Origin: Pseudomonadales bacterium
GTDB lineage: Bacteria > Pseudomonadota > Gammaproteobacteria > Pseudomonadales > Azotimanducaceae
NCBI GenBank assembly: GCA_019090385.1
Contig: JAHRWB010000001.1
Span: 10,484 to 74,483 of the forward strand
DNA length: 64,000 nt
Direction: 5' to 3'
In this document: positions 29,049 to 39,672 of the stretch, piece by piece
How positions within the stretch are numbered: the stretch's first letter is position 1
Layout: each line of letters starts with the position of its first letter
The notes under the pieces: model-generated
What the model was told of the DNA's origin: nothing
The model's database searches: none
Seen by the model: the letters and a program-made list of their open reading frames with translations, nothing else
Translations under genes and position numbers: made by a program

Positions 29049-29438
29049 CTAAAATTTCCCTCTAACCACACCTGTAGTACCCTCGCAGGTCTCCCCGGTA
29101 GTGGCTACTGCCTTTATATCAAGCTTTATCTCATCAACGCCTATATCTTCATCAAGCAGCTTTTGGGACACTAGAAATTCCCGCTGCATGGTAATCGACT
29201 CATCGCTCATTATTTCACAAGCACAAGTAACTTCGTGAGGATCTACATTCAACGCCAGTTTGTCATCAATAATCAGATCATCACCCAGAATATCAACGCT
29301 AACGGTAAAGACTAAAGCTTCGCGAAGATCCACTTTAGAACAATTAAGAGTATAGCCGTAAATAACACGAACTGTTTTGAGCTTTTTATGCTCCTCAGTT
29401 TGCTCCAGAGTAAGCATAAGCCTGCTTAAATTCGCCAT
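29049..29438 (-). CDS. Hypothetical acidic protein
   Basis: 129 aa, D/E-rich, no recognisable motif. It has clean ORF geometry between neighbouring same-strand genes. Confidence 0.4.
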   Translation of the reverse strand: MANLSRLMLTLEQTEEHKKLKTVRVIYGYTLNCSKVDLREALVFTVSVDILGDDLIIDDKLALNVDPHEVTCACEIMSDESITMQREFLVSQKLLDEDIGVDEIKLDIKAVATTGETCEGTTGVVRGKF

Positions 29439-29527
29439 TTACCCTTACCTATTACACCAATTTTCAACCCAATGCCCCCTGTGATTCCAGGGCGAGTTCC
29501 AGCTACCTCGCCCGGGCATATACTGAT

Positions 29528-30031
29528 TTATCCCAGACTACTATTCCACTCAGCAATCTGATCTGTGTAGTCAGCCAGCAGTGATTCGGTATCACCGGAA
29601 ATACTGATTGAAGTAATACTATCTCCCTGAACAATGGCATTTACAACTGCCTGGTCGTCGTCTCCAACAACTTCGCCAAAGATAGTATGTGCGTCATCCA
29701 ACCATGGTGTAGGTACATGAGTGATAAAAAATTGTGATCCATTGGTACCAGGACCCGAATTTGCCATAGAAAACCGTCCGGGCTTATCGTGTCGAAGTGA
29801 GGCGTCAAATTCATCCTTAAAGCGATACCCAGGACCACCTGTTCCGCTGCCCTGGGGACACCCACCCTGGACCATGAAATCAGCAATTACTCGATGAAAA
29901 ACCAAACCGTCATAGAAACCACGCTGACACAAGTTGATAAAATTGGCCACCGTAAGCGGCGCTTGTTTGGAGAAAAGGTTCAAATTAATATCACCTTTGC
30001 TGGTATTAAATGTTGCAGTGATTGAAGACAC
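29528..30031 (-). CDS. Peptidyl-prolyl cis-trans isomerase (cyclophilin type)
   Basis: 167 aa carrying the cyclophilin signatures [30 protein letters not shown] and [11 protein letters not shown]. Confidence 0.95.
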   Translation of the reverse strand: MSSITATFNTSKGDINLNLFSKQAPLTVANFINLCQRGFYDGLVFHRVIADFMVQGGCPQGSGTGGPGYRFKDEFDASLRHDKPGRFSMANSGPGTNGSQFFITHVPTPWLDDAHTIFGEVVGDDDQAVVNAIVQGDSITSISISGDTESLLADYTDQIAEWNSSLG

Positions 30032-30134
30032 AGTTAGTCCTTAAAATTAAATAAGCCGCTAGCTTATCGAAGGCGGGCCTTATCAGCAAACTCACTGTTT
30101 TATCGGAATGAACGCCAGCGTGCAGGCATGTGGA

Positions 30135-31346
30135 TTAAATAACCTTCTCCTCTACAAGCGCCTCCACATCACTTGCATCCATACCCAGCCAATCCTGTAA
30201 TACCTCTGCATTATGTTCGCCAGGCCGGGGGAATGTTGTAAGCGGAGTCCGTTCACAGCTTTCGTACTGAATAGGGCTATTGGCCAACACAACTTCACCC
30301 AGATCTCTGTTGTTAATCCAGCTCAGCATACCGCTGGCGTGCATATGTGGATTCGTTCTTACCTCTTCGATATTGCGCACTGGCGCTACCGGTACTTTTA
30401 ATGCCCGCATTTTTGCAAAAGCATCCGCCTGGCTAAGTGGCTCTGCCCATTCTTTTAATGCCTGCTCAATCTCAGCTTCATTCTTGCGGCGCGATATGGC
30501 GTTTTTAAAGCGATCTGCCCCGGCCCAATCAGGCTTGTCCAGTGCCTGAGTTATACGCGCCCACTGAGCATCGCTTACGCATATCAGAGCTATCCATCCA
30601 TCCATGCATTCATACCGACCGTAAGGGCATGCGCTTCCGCCTGTGCGACGGCTATTCCGCTCAGGTATTTTCCCACCACTATGATAAGCACTCAATTCTG
30701 AGCTGAGGGTAAAATACATAGAATCCAACATAGACACTTCAACCCTTGTACCTTTTCCCTGGGTGGAGGGGTTGTTCCCGCGGGCGAATAGTGCTGTTAG
30801 CACGCCAGCATACATGTGTGCACCACTCATAATATCGCAGGGCGCACCGCCAGCGCGCATAGGCGGCTGGCCTTCGTCTCCGGTCACACTCAAGATCCCG
30901 GAAGCCGCTTGAATAGTATGATCCATAGCCAATAAATCTGAATCTGGCCCCTTTAAACCATAACCGGTACCCGTAGCATAAATCAGTGCAGGGTTTCTCT
31001 GCTTCAACTGCTCCCAACCGATACCCAAGCGATCCATCGTACCTACAGCAAAATTCTCCAGTAATACGTCCGCCTCATCCACCAACTCCAATAATAATTC
31101 TTTACCTCTGCTGGATTTTAAATCCAGAGTAATACTCTTTTTATTCGTGTTCAGCATGGCAAAGGCCATCGGTGTAGCTGAACCACCGGGCCCACGCATG
31201 CGCTCCCCTCCAATAGGTTCAACCTTGATGACTTCTGCGCCGGCCATTGCCATAAGGAACGCCGCATAGGGACCCTGATAAATTTGGGTAAGATCCAACA
31301 CGCGCACACCCGATAAGGGGCTATCTGACTGAGGTAATACAGACAT
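30135..31346 (-). CDS. Family III CoA-transferase (CaiB/BaiF type)
   Basis: 403 aa with the family's typical N-terminus LSGVRVLDLTQIYQGPYAAFLMAMAGAEVIKVEP and the block DVLLENF. Confidence 0.85.
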   Translation of the reverse strand: MSVLPQSDSPLSGVRVLDLTQIYQGPYAAFLMAMAGAEVIKVEPIGGERMRGPGGSATPMAFAMLNTNKKSITLDLKSSRGKELLLELVDEADVLLENFAVGTMDRLGIGWEQLKQRNPALIYATGTGYGLKGPDSDLLAMDHTIQAASGILSVTGDEGQPPMRAGGAPCDIMSGAHMYAGVLTALFARGNNPSTQGKGTRVEVSMLDSMYFTLSSELSAYHSGGKIPERNSRRTGGSACPYGRYECMDGWIALICVSDAQWARITQALDKPDWAGADRFKNAISRRKNEAEIEQALKEWAEPLSQADAFAKMRALKVPVAPVRNIEEVRTNPHMHASGMLSWINNRDLGEVVLANSPIQYESCERTPLTTFPRPGEHNAEVLQDWLGMDASDVEALVEEKVI

Positions 31347-31490
31347 TTTTTCTCCAACTTTGGTGGTTAAAATCTAATCTCCTGACTATGCCTTTCAAAC
31401 TAACGCTGTATTTCTAACTAACTATGCGTTTCTAAAAAGAGCCGTAGAGATTACCATACATATACCTTAATCAAAGCTTAGGAGCCGTAT

Positions 31491-32693
31491 ATGGATCAGG
31501 TTGTAATAGTAGATAGTATTCGTACAGGCTTAGCCAAATCCCATCGCGGTACTTTTAATCTCACCCGATCTGATGATCTGGTCGCTCATTGCATAGATGA
31601 ATTATTATTGCGCAACCCCAATATTGGTGGCGATGAAATTGACGATCTGGTGCTTGGCTGTGGACGACAGGTTGGGGAGCAATCCGCCAATATTGCGCGC
31701 GATAGCGTTATTTTAAGTCAGTTGCCTGTCAGCGTACCCGCCACCACCATCAGTCGGGCCTGTTCTTCCGGACTAAATTCCATTGCCTTTGCTGCCAACC
31801 AAATTGCCAGTGGATGCGCCCAGGTAATGCTCGCTGGCGGCGTTGAATCAATTTCCGGCCTGGATCGTGGAGAACCCGCAGTAAACGAGCCCAATGCCCG
31901 ACTGGTTGAGGAAAAACCAGAAATATATATGGCCATGGGAAATACTGCCGAAGTGGTGGCCGATCGCTACAAGATTAGTCGCGAGGCGCAAGATGCCTAC
32001 GCACTGCAAAGTCAGCAACGATATGCTGGTGCAGCGGCAAGCGGCGCAATCGGGGAAGAAATATCACCAATGAGCGTTAAATGGAAAAAAATAATTTCCG
32101 TAGATAAACATACCAAGGAAATAACAGAATCCCAAATTGTAGAGGGTATCGTCGACCGTGATGAATGCGGGCGCGCCAGCACAACGCTTGATGGCCTGGC
32201 CACGTTGAAGCCGGTGTTTGAAAAAAATGGATCCGTCACTGCGGGCAATTCCTCGCAACTTTCTGATGGTGCTTCTCTGAGTTTACTGATGAGTGAAAAA
32301 CGGGCTGAGCAGCTTGGGCTGGAGCCAATGGGTTATTTCAGAGGATTCGCTGTTGCCGGCTGTGAACCTGACGAAATGGGTATTGGCCCAATTTATGCGA
32401 TCCCAAAACTGCTTAAATATAAAGGAATGAAACTGGACGATATTGACCTGGTTGAGCTCAATGAAGCTTTCGCCTCGCAATGTGTATATTGTCGTGATGA
32501 ATTGCATATCGATAACGATAAATACAATGTCAACGGCGGCTCGATAGCCATCGGACACCCCTTTGGAATGACCGGTGCCAGACTCGTGGGCACGTTACTC
32601 AGAGAGCTAAAACGACGTGACAAAAAATTTGGTCTGGTGTCCATGTGCATAGGAAAAGGCATGGGTGCTGCAGGTTTATTTGAAGCTGTCTAA
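31491..32693 (+). CDS. Acetyl-CoA C-acyltransferase (thiolase), paralog of 5303-6487
   Basis: 400 aa with ISRACSSGLNSI, NEAFASQCVYCRDE, GGSIAIGHPFGMTG and CIGKGMGAA. It shares long identical blocks with the other thiolase. Confidence 0.9.
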   Translation: MDQVVIVDSIRTGLAKSHRGTFNLTRSDDLVAHCIDELLLRNPNIGGDEIDDLVLGCGRQVGEQSANIARDSVILSQLPVSVPATTISRACSSGLNSIAFAANQIASGCAQVMLAGGVESISGLDRGEPAVNEPNARLVEEKPEIYMAMGNTAEVVADRYKISREAQDAYALQSQQRYAGAAASGAIGEEISPMSVKWKKIISVDKHTKEITESQIVEGIVDRDECGRASTTLDGLATLKPVFEKNGSVTAGNSSQLSDGASLSLLMSEKRAEQLGLEPMGYFRGFAVAGCEPDEMGIGPIYAIPKLLKYKGMKLDDIDLVELNEAFASQCVYCRDELHIDNDKYNVNGGSIAIGHPFGMTGARLVGTLLRELKRRDKKFGLVSMCIGKGMGAAGLFEAV

Positions 32694-32806
32694 CGGCTAT
32701 TTAATAAAGAGCACACGCATCATAAAAGGCAAGACACACTAAACCCTTTCTGGGTCAGGCCATATTAATTTTACGGACGAGTATCTGCGCTAAATTTCTC
32801 TGGCTT

Positions 32807-34246
32807 CTATTTTACCTTGCCTGCTTTGCGCTGTGCTATCTGCTCAACAATCTCTGTATGACGGGCGCGGGTAATTTTGTAGCGGAAAAAAAATAATATG
32901 CCCATTATCGACACACAAGACATAATCGGGCCTTCCGTTGCTCCCAGCCACCAGACCACGTTCTCACTAACACTACCTGCTACCGCCTGGCTCGGGAAGC
33001 TAATCATATCCAGCAATGCACCACCCAAGATGGCCCCCAGTGCTGAGGAGGTTTTATTGGCAAACGATCTAGCGGAGTAGATAACTCCTTCGCGCCGCTC
33101 TCCACTATGCAATTCAACCTCATCCGCGATATCAGCAAACATCGAATTAAAGGAGGCTAGTACCACCGGCAAGCATATTCCGTGCAGCAGGTAACGCAAC
33201 AAGATTATCCAAAATATCCAGGGGGATTGATTATCCGGAAACCAATCCACATCGCACAGGCGCAAGACCGTCGCCACATTTGCATTGATGAAGATAAATA
33301 TTGCTGGAACGATCAATGCCAGTTTTTTATCTACTAATCGCGTCAACCATGAAGTGACCGGGTATCCAATCCATAACCCTATAACCATTGAAATAGGTAA
33401 AATTGCCAGCTCTTCAGTTTTCATCCCCCAGAAATGAATGCCCATGAAAGGGCTAAGAATCGCTTCCACTGCGATAACAAAAGTCAACATAAGCATGCCA
33501 ACAAAAATCACTTGAAACGACTTGTTGCTAAACACTTCCCGATAGGAGCGCAAAATCCAACGAGCAGACAACGTTATATCAGTTTTACTTTGATGCAGGT
33601 ACGGAATTTCACTCGCCGTCCCAAAACAGCAAATCATAATGGCCATAAACATGGCAATTGCAACACAGAGCGAAAATTCCCAATAGGCATCTGGATTCAG
33701 CATCCCTGGACTGAAAAGTGCGCTGGTTGGAAAGAAGTACCCATAACCGACGATACCTACAAGCGCCATACCCGTAATGCCAAATACAGAACTTAAAGCA
33801 AACAATGAAGAGCGTTGATCGTAATCCTGAGCCATGTCTGCACCCAGCGCCAGGTGCGGAACATGAAAAAAAGTCAGTGAGCCACGCACCAGCACAACGA
33901 ATGTTGTCAGCCACAGAAAAGATTCAAATTCACTCAGCGATGGCGGCGGATTAAAAAGCAAATAAAATGCAATAAAGAGCGGGAATGCACTGATAAAAAT
34001 AAACGGATGACGTCGGCCCCAGCGGCTGTTATATCGATCACTTAGCACACCAGCGGCAGGGTCTGTTATGGCATCAAACATCAGCCCAATTCCCAGCGCC
34101 AAGCCAACGAGTACACCTGATACACCAAGTACCTGCTGATAATAAAACAACAGAAAAACATTGAAAGCCTGGGTCTTAAAACCCTCCGCCGCCTGGCCAA
34201 TACCAAAAGCCAGCATGGTAGATGGAGCAAGGGTGCGTCTACTCAC
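32807..34246 (-). CDS. MFS transporter, glycoside-pentoside-hexuronide (GPH) cation-symporter-like
   Basis: 479 aa with about 12 TM segments. The motif DPAAGVLSDRYNSRWGRRHPFI is characteristic of the GPH family. Confidence 0.8.
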   Translation of the reverse strand: MSRRTLAPSTMLAFGIGQAAEGFKTQAFNVFLLFYYQQVLGVSGVLVGLALGIGLMFDAITDPAAGVLSDRYNSRWGRRHPFIFISAFPLFIAFYLLFNPPPSLSEFESFLWLTTFVVLVRGSLTFFHVPHLALGADMAQDYDQRSSLFALSSVFGITGMALVGIVGYGYFFPTSALFSPGMLNPDAYWEFSLCVAIAMFMAIMICCFGTASEIPYLHQSKTDITLSARWILRSYREVFSNKSFQVIFVGMLMLTFVIAVEAILSPFMGIHFWGMKTEELAILPISMVIGLWIGYPVTSWLTRLVDKKLALIVPAIFIFINANVATVLRLCDVDWFPDNQSPWIFWIILLRYLLHGICLPVVLASFNSMFADIADEVELHSGERREGVIYSARSFANKTSSALGAILGGALLDMISFPSQAVAGSVSENVVWWLGATEGPIMSCVSIMGILFFFRYKITRARHTEIVEQIAQRKAGKVK

Positions 34247-34276
34247 GATAGGAGAGAGATACCCGCCAATGAATAA

Positions 34277-34771
34277 TCAACTGTGTCCGAGTACCACCTG
34301 GCGCTTGCCCACAATCGAGCGTCTATTCCATTTGCCCCTGACAACATGCTCAGAATCCACCCAGTTTTCATAAAGATACTTTAACGCGCTGATTTCCGGC
34401 TGATGCATGATCTGCCATTGAAAAAACAGTTTGCGTGCCTGATGAATGTTGCTTGAGTTCGTCTCCAACTGCAGTGGATTTGCAAAGTACACCCATTCAC
34501 ATTCGGCCAAGCCTAATGCATCCTTCCTTTCCTGTCCCGCCAAGATTGATGCTATAACCAATAGCTGGACATCACTCTCTAAGGCATCAAACTGTCGAGC
34601 CGCCTGGCTCTCCAATATTGGCTTACCCGCTGCATGCTGAAAAATATCCCGTATTTTTCTACGCATCGCTACGCACTGAGCGGGTTTCAACTCTGGAACC
34701 ACTAATTGAGCGAGGACAATATTATTTGCAATATCAATAGCTTGGAAATTTTTAGCTTTGTTTTTTAACAT
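34277..34771 (-). CDS. Hypothetical protein
   Basis: 164 aa with no motif recognised. It ends 30 nt upstream of the MFS transporter on the same strand. Confidence 0.4.
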   Translation of the reverse strand: MLKNKAKNFQAIDIANNIVLAQLVVPELKPAQCVAMRRKIRDIFQHAAGKPILESQAARQFDALESDVQLLVIASILAGQERKDALGLAECEWVYFANPLQLETNSSNIHQARKLFFQWQIMHQPEISALKYLYENWVDSEHVVRGKWNRRSIVGKRQVVLGHS

Positions 34772-35000
34772 CCCTAAACCCTTCTATCTTCATTGATTTT
34801 ATTAAATCAACTTAACTTGGCATTTACAGTTGGACCACCAAGTTGCAAAAGAGTTTGGCATAATATTCACTTTATCTCCATTATTTTTCACCTTTTATGG
34901 GATCAAACAAAGAAAAACCATAAATATGCTCAACGGAATTGCTCTCAAATCATTTCAAGCGACTAACGTTTTGTCCTCCAGCTTTCAGCACACTCCCTTT

Positions 35001-35762
35001 TTATACTTTCCGCGCCGCCTCTTCGCGAGCCTTGCGGACCTTTTCGTTGGTTTGATTGAAGAGCAATTCACGCCGGGCTTTTTCCTGGGCGTCAGTGAGT
35101 TTAATATCTCGCTTTTCGCTGGCTACTGCACGACCTGTTTGTACCTTCGGTCGTGCACCTACCTCATCGATCCACCGTGACAGATGTTGGTTATTTTCCA
35201 GAATTTCTTCACCTAGCAACCGGCCAATCAAAAACGCCCAGGGCCAGCTAATTATGTCTGCGATGCTATACTCAGCACCTCCAAGAAATTGGTTTACCGA
35301 CAATTGCGCATCCATCACCCCGGCAAGACGATCGACCTCTCCTACAAAACGTTTAACGCCATATTCAAGCTGCTTAGGGTCATCAGCAATATTTTTAGCG
35401 TAGTTTTTAAAGTGATTGGCATTGCCCATCATGGGGCCCAGATTGGCCATCTGCCAATGTACCCACTGCAAGACCGAGTATTTGGCAGCCAAGGTTTTGG
35501 GTAAGAACAGCCCTGTCTTTTCAGCAAGATATTCTAAAATGGCACCCGACTCGAAGATAGAAATTGCTTCACCGCCGCCTAAAGGATCATGATCGACGAT
35601 GGCAGGAATTCTATTATTGGGACAAATACGCAAAAAATCTGGCTTGAACTGCTCACCCCCACCAATATCAACGGGTATAACTTTGTAGTCCAACCCACAC
35701 TCTTCCAACATTATGCTGACTTTCCAGCCGTTTGGTGTGGGCCAGTAATATAAATCTATCAT
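35001..35762 (-). CDS. Glutathione S-transferase (Nu-class, YfcG/YghU-like) with a basic C-terminal tail
   Basis: The N-terminus MIDLYYWPTPNGWKVSIMLEE...NNRIPAIVD...ESGAILEYLAEKTG matches the Nu-class GST pattern. The extra ~40-aa tail is K/R/E-rich. Confidence 0.85.
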   Translation of the reverse strand: MIDLYYWPTPNGWKVSIMLEECGLDYKVIPVDIGGGEQFKPDFLRICPNNRIPAIVDHDPLGGGEAISIFESGAILEYLAEKTGLFLPKTLAAKYSVLQWVHWQMANLGPMMGNANHFKNYAKNIADDPKQLEYGVKRFVGEVDRLAGVMDAQLSVNQFLGGAEYSIADIISWPWAFLIGRLLGEEILENNQHLSRWIDEVGARPKVQTGRAVASEKRDIKLTDAQEKARRELLFNQTNEKVRKAREEAARKV

Positions 35763-35880
35763 TGTTGTCCTCCCAGAACTTAGTTTCTGAATTCGCCAAA
35801 AAGTTTGAATTTAATCGTCTCAGATATTCAATTCAAAACACAGACAAATACAAAAGCATTTGCTTACCAGGAGATTTTAC

Positions 35881-37404
35881 TTAGATTTGGGGTCTAATAC
35901 CCCATATATCCAGCATACTTTTAAGTACATTGTGCGTCACGGGAATGGTGATCTGATCATCCATTCCCGCCACCAGGCTGGCATCTCGGTTTTTCAATCG
36001 AGATGCCGTAGTCATCGCCACAATGGGTTGATATGCCTGCCCGGTTTGCTTTTCCCGCGCCCGAATTAGCTGGACTGCCTTCAAACCATCCAGAACCGGC
36101 ATTTGGCAATCCATAAACACCAGGTCAAAAACCCGATCTGCAAGTACATCGACAGCCTCCTGCCCATTACAGGCGACTTCCACACGGCAACCCATTTTTC
36201 GCAGCAAGCCCTGGGCAACTTTCTGATTTAGCGGATTATCTTCAACAATAAGTACATGACGTTCGCCATTATACCGAGCCTCATCCACAGTATACGATGT
36301 TACAAAGGTTTCGCTGATAGTCCTGTCACCAACCAGAAGCATACAATCGCGGAGTTTTGATGCGCGTACAGGTGCACTCAAAAACCCGTTAAACCCGGCG
36401 TTTTGAAGCAAGCGTCTATCATCTTTCAACACCCGCGCGCACAGTGCAACAAATCGTAGAGGCTGAGCATTAACAAGCGACTTTACATGGTCTGCAACCT
36501 TTAATGCTTCATCAGTACAGGAGACATCCACAATAACCAAATCAAACTGCAAAGAAGAAAGATCTACTGTGGATGGCGCGTTAATATCATCAATTAAGGT
36601 ATAAGATAGCTGCCAGGACTCGAAATAGCCCCTAAGCACTTGCGTTCTAGTCAAATTACTACACACAACCAGAATATGACGCCCCGCAAGATCTTCTGAC
36701 GGTAAAAAAATTGCCTTGGCACCAGAAATTTTTTCTACTCCTACGGTAAACCAAAATTTTGCGCCCTCATCTGACTCAGACTCAACACCAATCTCGCCGC
36801 CCATCAAATTGACAATTTTTCGACATAAACTCAATCGTAAGCCGGTGCCATCAACGCCCGCCCCTCGTTTGGTACCATGAAGAAACGGCCTAAATATTCC
36901 TTCCTGATCCTCTGCAGATAGACCCGCGCCAGTATCATCAATTTCAAAACATAAAACGTTTTCCTTGGGGTAGCTAACCCGGACTATTACCTCTCCCTGC
37001 ACAGTGCATTTGAGGGCGCTGCTAACCAGAATTTTCAGCACCTGCCGTAATTTCGCAGGATCGCCCCGAACACGTTGAGGCACCTTTGCCTCTATCAAAG
37101 AGGCGATTTCTACTTTGTGATTGGGTGAAGAATGTGCAATTCGCTCTACCACATCTTCCACAAGAATATGTACGTCAAAACCAATTTGGGCGAGCACCAT
37201 ATTGCCCGAATCAATGTCTGATACATCTTGTAAATCGTCTAGTAAGGCTAACTGAGCTTCACCGGAACTATACGCCGCACCGATCAATGTCCGTTGCTCT
37301 TCATCAAGCACGGTATCTTGAGCAAGCGTTAGCATGCCCAGCAACCCATTCATGGATGTCCTTAACTCATGATTAAAATTTTCCATAAACTGACTATCGG
37401 ACAT
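35881..37404 (-). CDS. Cytoplasmic hybrid histidine kinase / response regulator with no sensor domain and atypical motifs
   Basis: 507 aa that opens directly with the H-box FNHELRTSMNGLLGML. HATPase boxes are DDTGAGL and GTGLRLSLC. A pseudo-receiver and a receiver (VLIVEDNPLNQ...FMDCQMPVLDG) follow. There are no TM or PAS-like N-terminal regions. Confidence 0.8.
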   Translation of the reverse strand: MSDSQFMENFNHELRTSMNGLLGMLTLAQDTVLDEEQRTLIGAAYSSGEAQLALLDDLQDVSDIDSGNMVLAQIGFDVHILVEDVVERIAHSSPNHKVEIASLIEAKVPQRVRGDPAKLRQVLKILVSSALKCTVQGEVIVRVSYPKENVLCFEIDDTGAGLSAEDQEGIFRPFLHGTKRGAGVDGTGLRLSLCRKIVNLMGGEIGVESESDEGAKFWFTVGVEKISGAKAIFLPSEDLAGRHILVVCSNLTRTQVLRGYFESWQLSYTLIDDINAPSTVDLSSLQFDLVIVDVSCTDEALKVADHVKSLVNAQPLRFVALCARVLKDDRRLLQNAGFNGFLSAPVRASKLRDCMLLVGDRTISETFVTSYTVDEARYNGERHVLIVEDNPLNQKVAQGLLRKMGCRVEVACNGQEAVDVLADRVFDLVFMDCQMPVLDGLKAVQLIRAREKQTGQAYQPIVAMTTASRLKNRDASLVAGMDDQITIPVTHNVLKSMLDIWGIRPQI

Positions 37405-37505
37405 ATTTGAAGATACCCTTTTTATTCAATCTCTTAAACGGTTCTAAACCGGCATGATTTCAGTATAGTCATGGAACCAAAAGCTGCTGCCTGCTGAAAA
37501 TATCA

Positions 37506-38768
37506 ATGAGCTATATAAAAAACTTCCGATGCTCCCTTTGCGGCCAGGAGTACCACCGCTCCCAGCTGATGAATTTATGCACAAATGACAATCGGCCAAT
37601 TGAAATACAATTGGACCTTGAGCGCTTAAATTACGAAAAAAGCAATTTTTCCTGGTACCGTCCCGATCTCAAATCAATGTGGCGCTTTGGATCACTTCTA
37701 GGGCTGGATATCAATGATGATCAGGATAAAAGGAATATCGTTTCTCTGGGAGAAGGCCATACACCAGAAATACGACTAACAAACCATCCACTTGCAAAAC
37801 GCCATAAGTTTGAACTATATCTAAAAGACGAAGGGCAGCCCCACACAGGTTGGGGAGCCAATCCAACCGGTAGCTTTAAAGACCGTGGAATGAGCATGGC
37901 AATATCCATGGCGAAACATTTTGAGATACAAAAAATCGTTGTCCCCACCCAAGGCAATGCCGGTGATTCCATGCTGGAATATGCAATTCCGGCTGACTTG
38001 CATGCAGTGGTTATTATGCCAGACGATACACCTATGCCGATTCTCGGGCGGGCTGCCGCATTGGCGCGAACCCACACCAATATCGAACTTGAATTAGTTC
38101 AGGGCACTATCAGAGAAGCCGGCTTATTAATGAAAGAAAAATATCTGGCCCAAGGGTTTTTTAACATGGCCACTTTCCAGGAACCAGGCTGGCGCATAGA
38201 AGGAAAAAAAACGCTGGGGCTGGAACTGGCAGAACCGGAATACGGGAAAAAACAAGCGTGGACACTGCCTGATGTTGTGCTGTACCCAACAGGTGGCGGA
38301 ACAGGTATTTTAGGTATGTGGAAAGCTTTTGCGGAACTGGAGTTGCTTGGACTGATCGATTCCAAAAGACCTAAAATTATCTCCGTACAAGCTGAAAATA
38401 CTGCACCCGTAGTGGAGGCCTATAATAATAATGAGTCCGATACCAAGCCAGGCAAAGCTGGCGACACCATTGCCACGGGCTTAAATGTGCCTGGTGGTGG
38501 TGTGGGTCATTTCAAGGTGCTGGAAATAATTCGTGAAAGTAGCGGCATGGCGATATCTGTTTCAGAAAATGCCATAGCGCAACACTTACAGTCTACCTAT
38601 CAGGATTACAGATTATGGATCTGCCCCGAGGGCGCAGCCACCATTGCGGCCCTGGAACCAGCCATAGAAAATGGTCTGATTAAAAGCGGGGACAAAGTTG
38701 TGGTCTTTAATACCGGCAGCTTTGAAAAATACCTCCCCAATATACGCCACTTACTATTTAGCCAATAA
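37506..38768 (+). CDS. Threonine synthase-like PLP-dependent enzyme
   Basis: 420 aa with an N-terminal Cys pair (CSLCGQEY), the PLP-lysine motif NPTGSFKDRG and a Gly-rich loop YPTGGGTG. Confidence 0.8.
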   Translation: MSYIKNFRCSLCGQEYHRSQLMNLCTNDNRPIEIQLDLERLNYEKSNFSWYRPDLKSMWRFGSLLGLDINDDQDKRNIVSLGEGHTPEIRLTNHPLAKRHKFELYLKDEGQPHTGWGANPTGSFKDRGMSMAISMAKHFEIQKIVVPTQGNAGDSMLEYAIPADLHAVVIMPDDTPMPILGRAAALARTHTNIELELVQGTIREAGLLMKEKYLAQGFFNMATFQEPGWRIEGKKTLGLELAEPEYGKKQAWTLPDVVLYPTGGGTGILGMWKAFAELELLGLIDSKRPKIISVQAENTAPVVEAYNNNESDTKPGKAGDTIATGLNVPGGGVGHFKVLEIIRESSGMAISVSENAIAQHLQSTYQDYRLWICPEGAATIAALEPAIENGLIKSGDKVVVFNTGSFEKYLPNIRHLLFSQ

Positions 38769-39672
38769 CATCGGCAGTACCCCAATCAACTCCCCAGCCA
38801 ACAGCAGAACTAACGCGATGCTGCCCGTCCAGGCGAAATACGCAATCAGCCCGACCGGGCATATCTACGAGCATATGCCGTGTCAATCGCTCAAAGTGCT
38901 GAACAAATCGCCGTACATCAAATGCCGGCACTGCTTCGACAAACCGCTTATCTGACACGCGCTTGGTTTCCTGCAATGTTCGCCATTCAAATACGGTTTG
39001 CAGATCAGGCGCCTTCAGCATTAACAAGGTATCAACAAGATCAAATAGTGGCGGATACAAATTGGCAAGCTTTTCGTTTACCAGCAGACGCCAATTACCA
39101 TCAGCGTCTTCTTCGCGCTCCAATTGGTTTATTGGCCGCTGTAACGCGGTTTTATCTTCCGGTGTTGCGCCAAGGCACCAACCTTCAAACAGTATAATCT
39201 CTATCGGTTCTGTCTGGCTAAACCATTGATGTTGCGGAACAACATCGTCCACACTCTTGTCAAACCGGGGTATGCGGACAGGCTCACCAGCAAGCAAAGC
39301 AGTAACAACAGCTATCGCCAGTGCAACATCATGCGTACCCGGTACACCCCGGGTTTTTAACAGTGGATGCTGATCCAGGGAGAGACGCTTTCGCTGAGCC
39401 AGCGTAAGGTAAAAATCATCCAAGGAAAGCACAATACAGCGCTTGTCATAAAGCCCCTCCAGCACAAGCTTTAAGAAACTGCACATGGTGCTTTTACCAG
39501 TACCCTGGGCACCGTTAATACCCAGTACAAAAGGTGCTTGATGATCAGTTTGCGTAGCGACCACTTTAGCCGCCAGGGGCAACAAATATGACTGCATCAC
39601 CAGCCAATAATCTGCCGGTAATTTTTGACTGGCAATTTGCTTGTCAATTTGTATTTGGACTTCCGGCTTCAC
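38758..39672 (-). CDS. P-loop kinase (D-glycerate 3-kinase / COG4240-like)
   Basis: 304 aa with the Walker A motif GINGAQGTGKST followed by LSLDDFYLT and RGVPGTHD, the pattern of the plant/yeast-type glycerate kinase family. Confidence 0.6.
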   Translation of the reverse strand: MKPEVQIQIDKQIASQKLPADYWLVMQSYLLPLAAKVVATQTDHQAPFVLGINGAQGTGKSTMCSFLKLVLEGLYDKRCIVLSLDDFYLTLAQRKRLSLDQHPLLKTRGVPGTHDVALAIAVVTALLAGEPVRIPRFDKSVDDVVPQHQWFSQTEPIEIILFEGWCLGATPEDKTALQRPINQLEREEDADGNWRLLVNEKLANLYPPLFDLVDTLLMLKAPDLQTVFEWRTLQETKRVSDKRFVEAVPAFDVRRFVQHFERLTRHMLVDMPGRADCVFRLDGQHRVSSAVGWGVDWGTADVIG

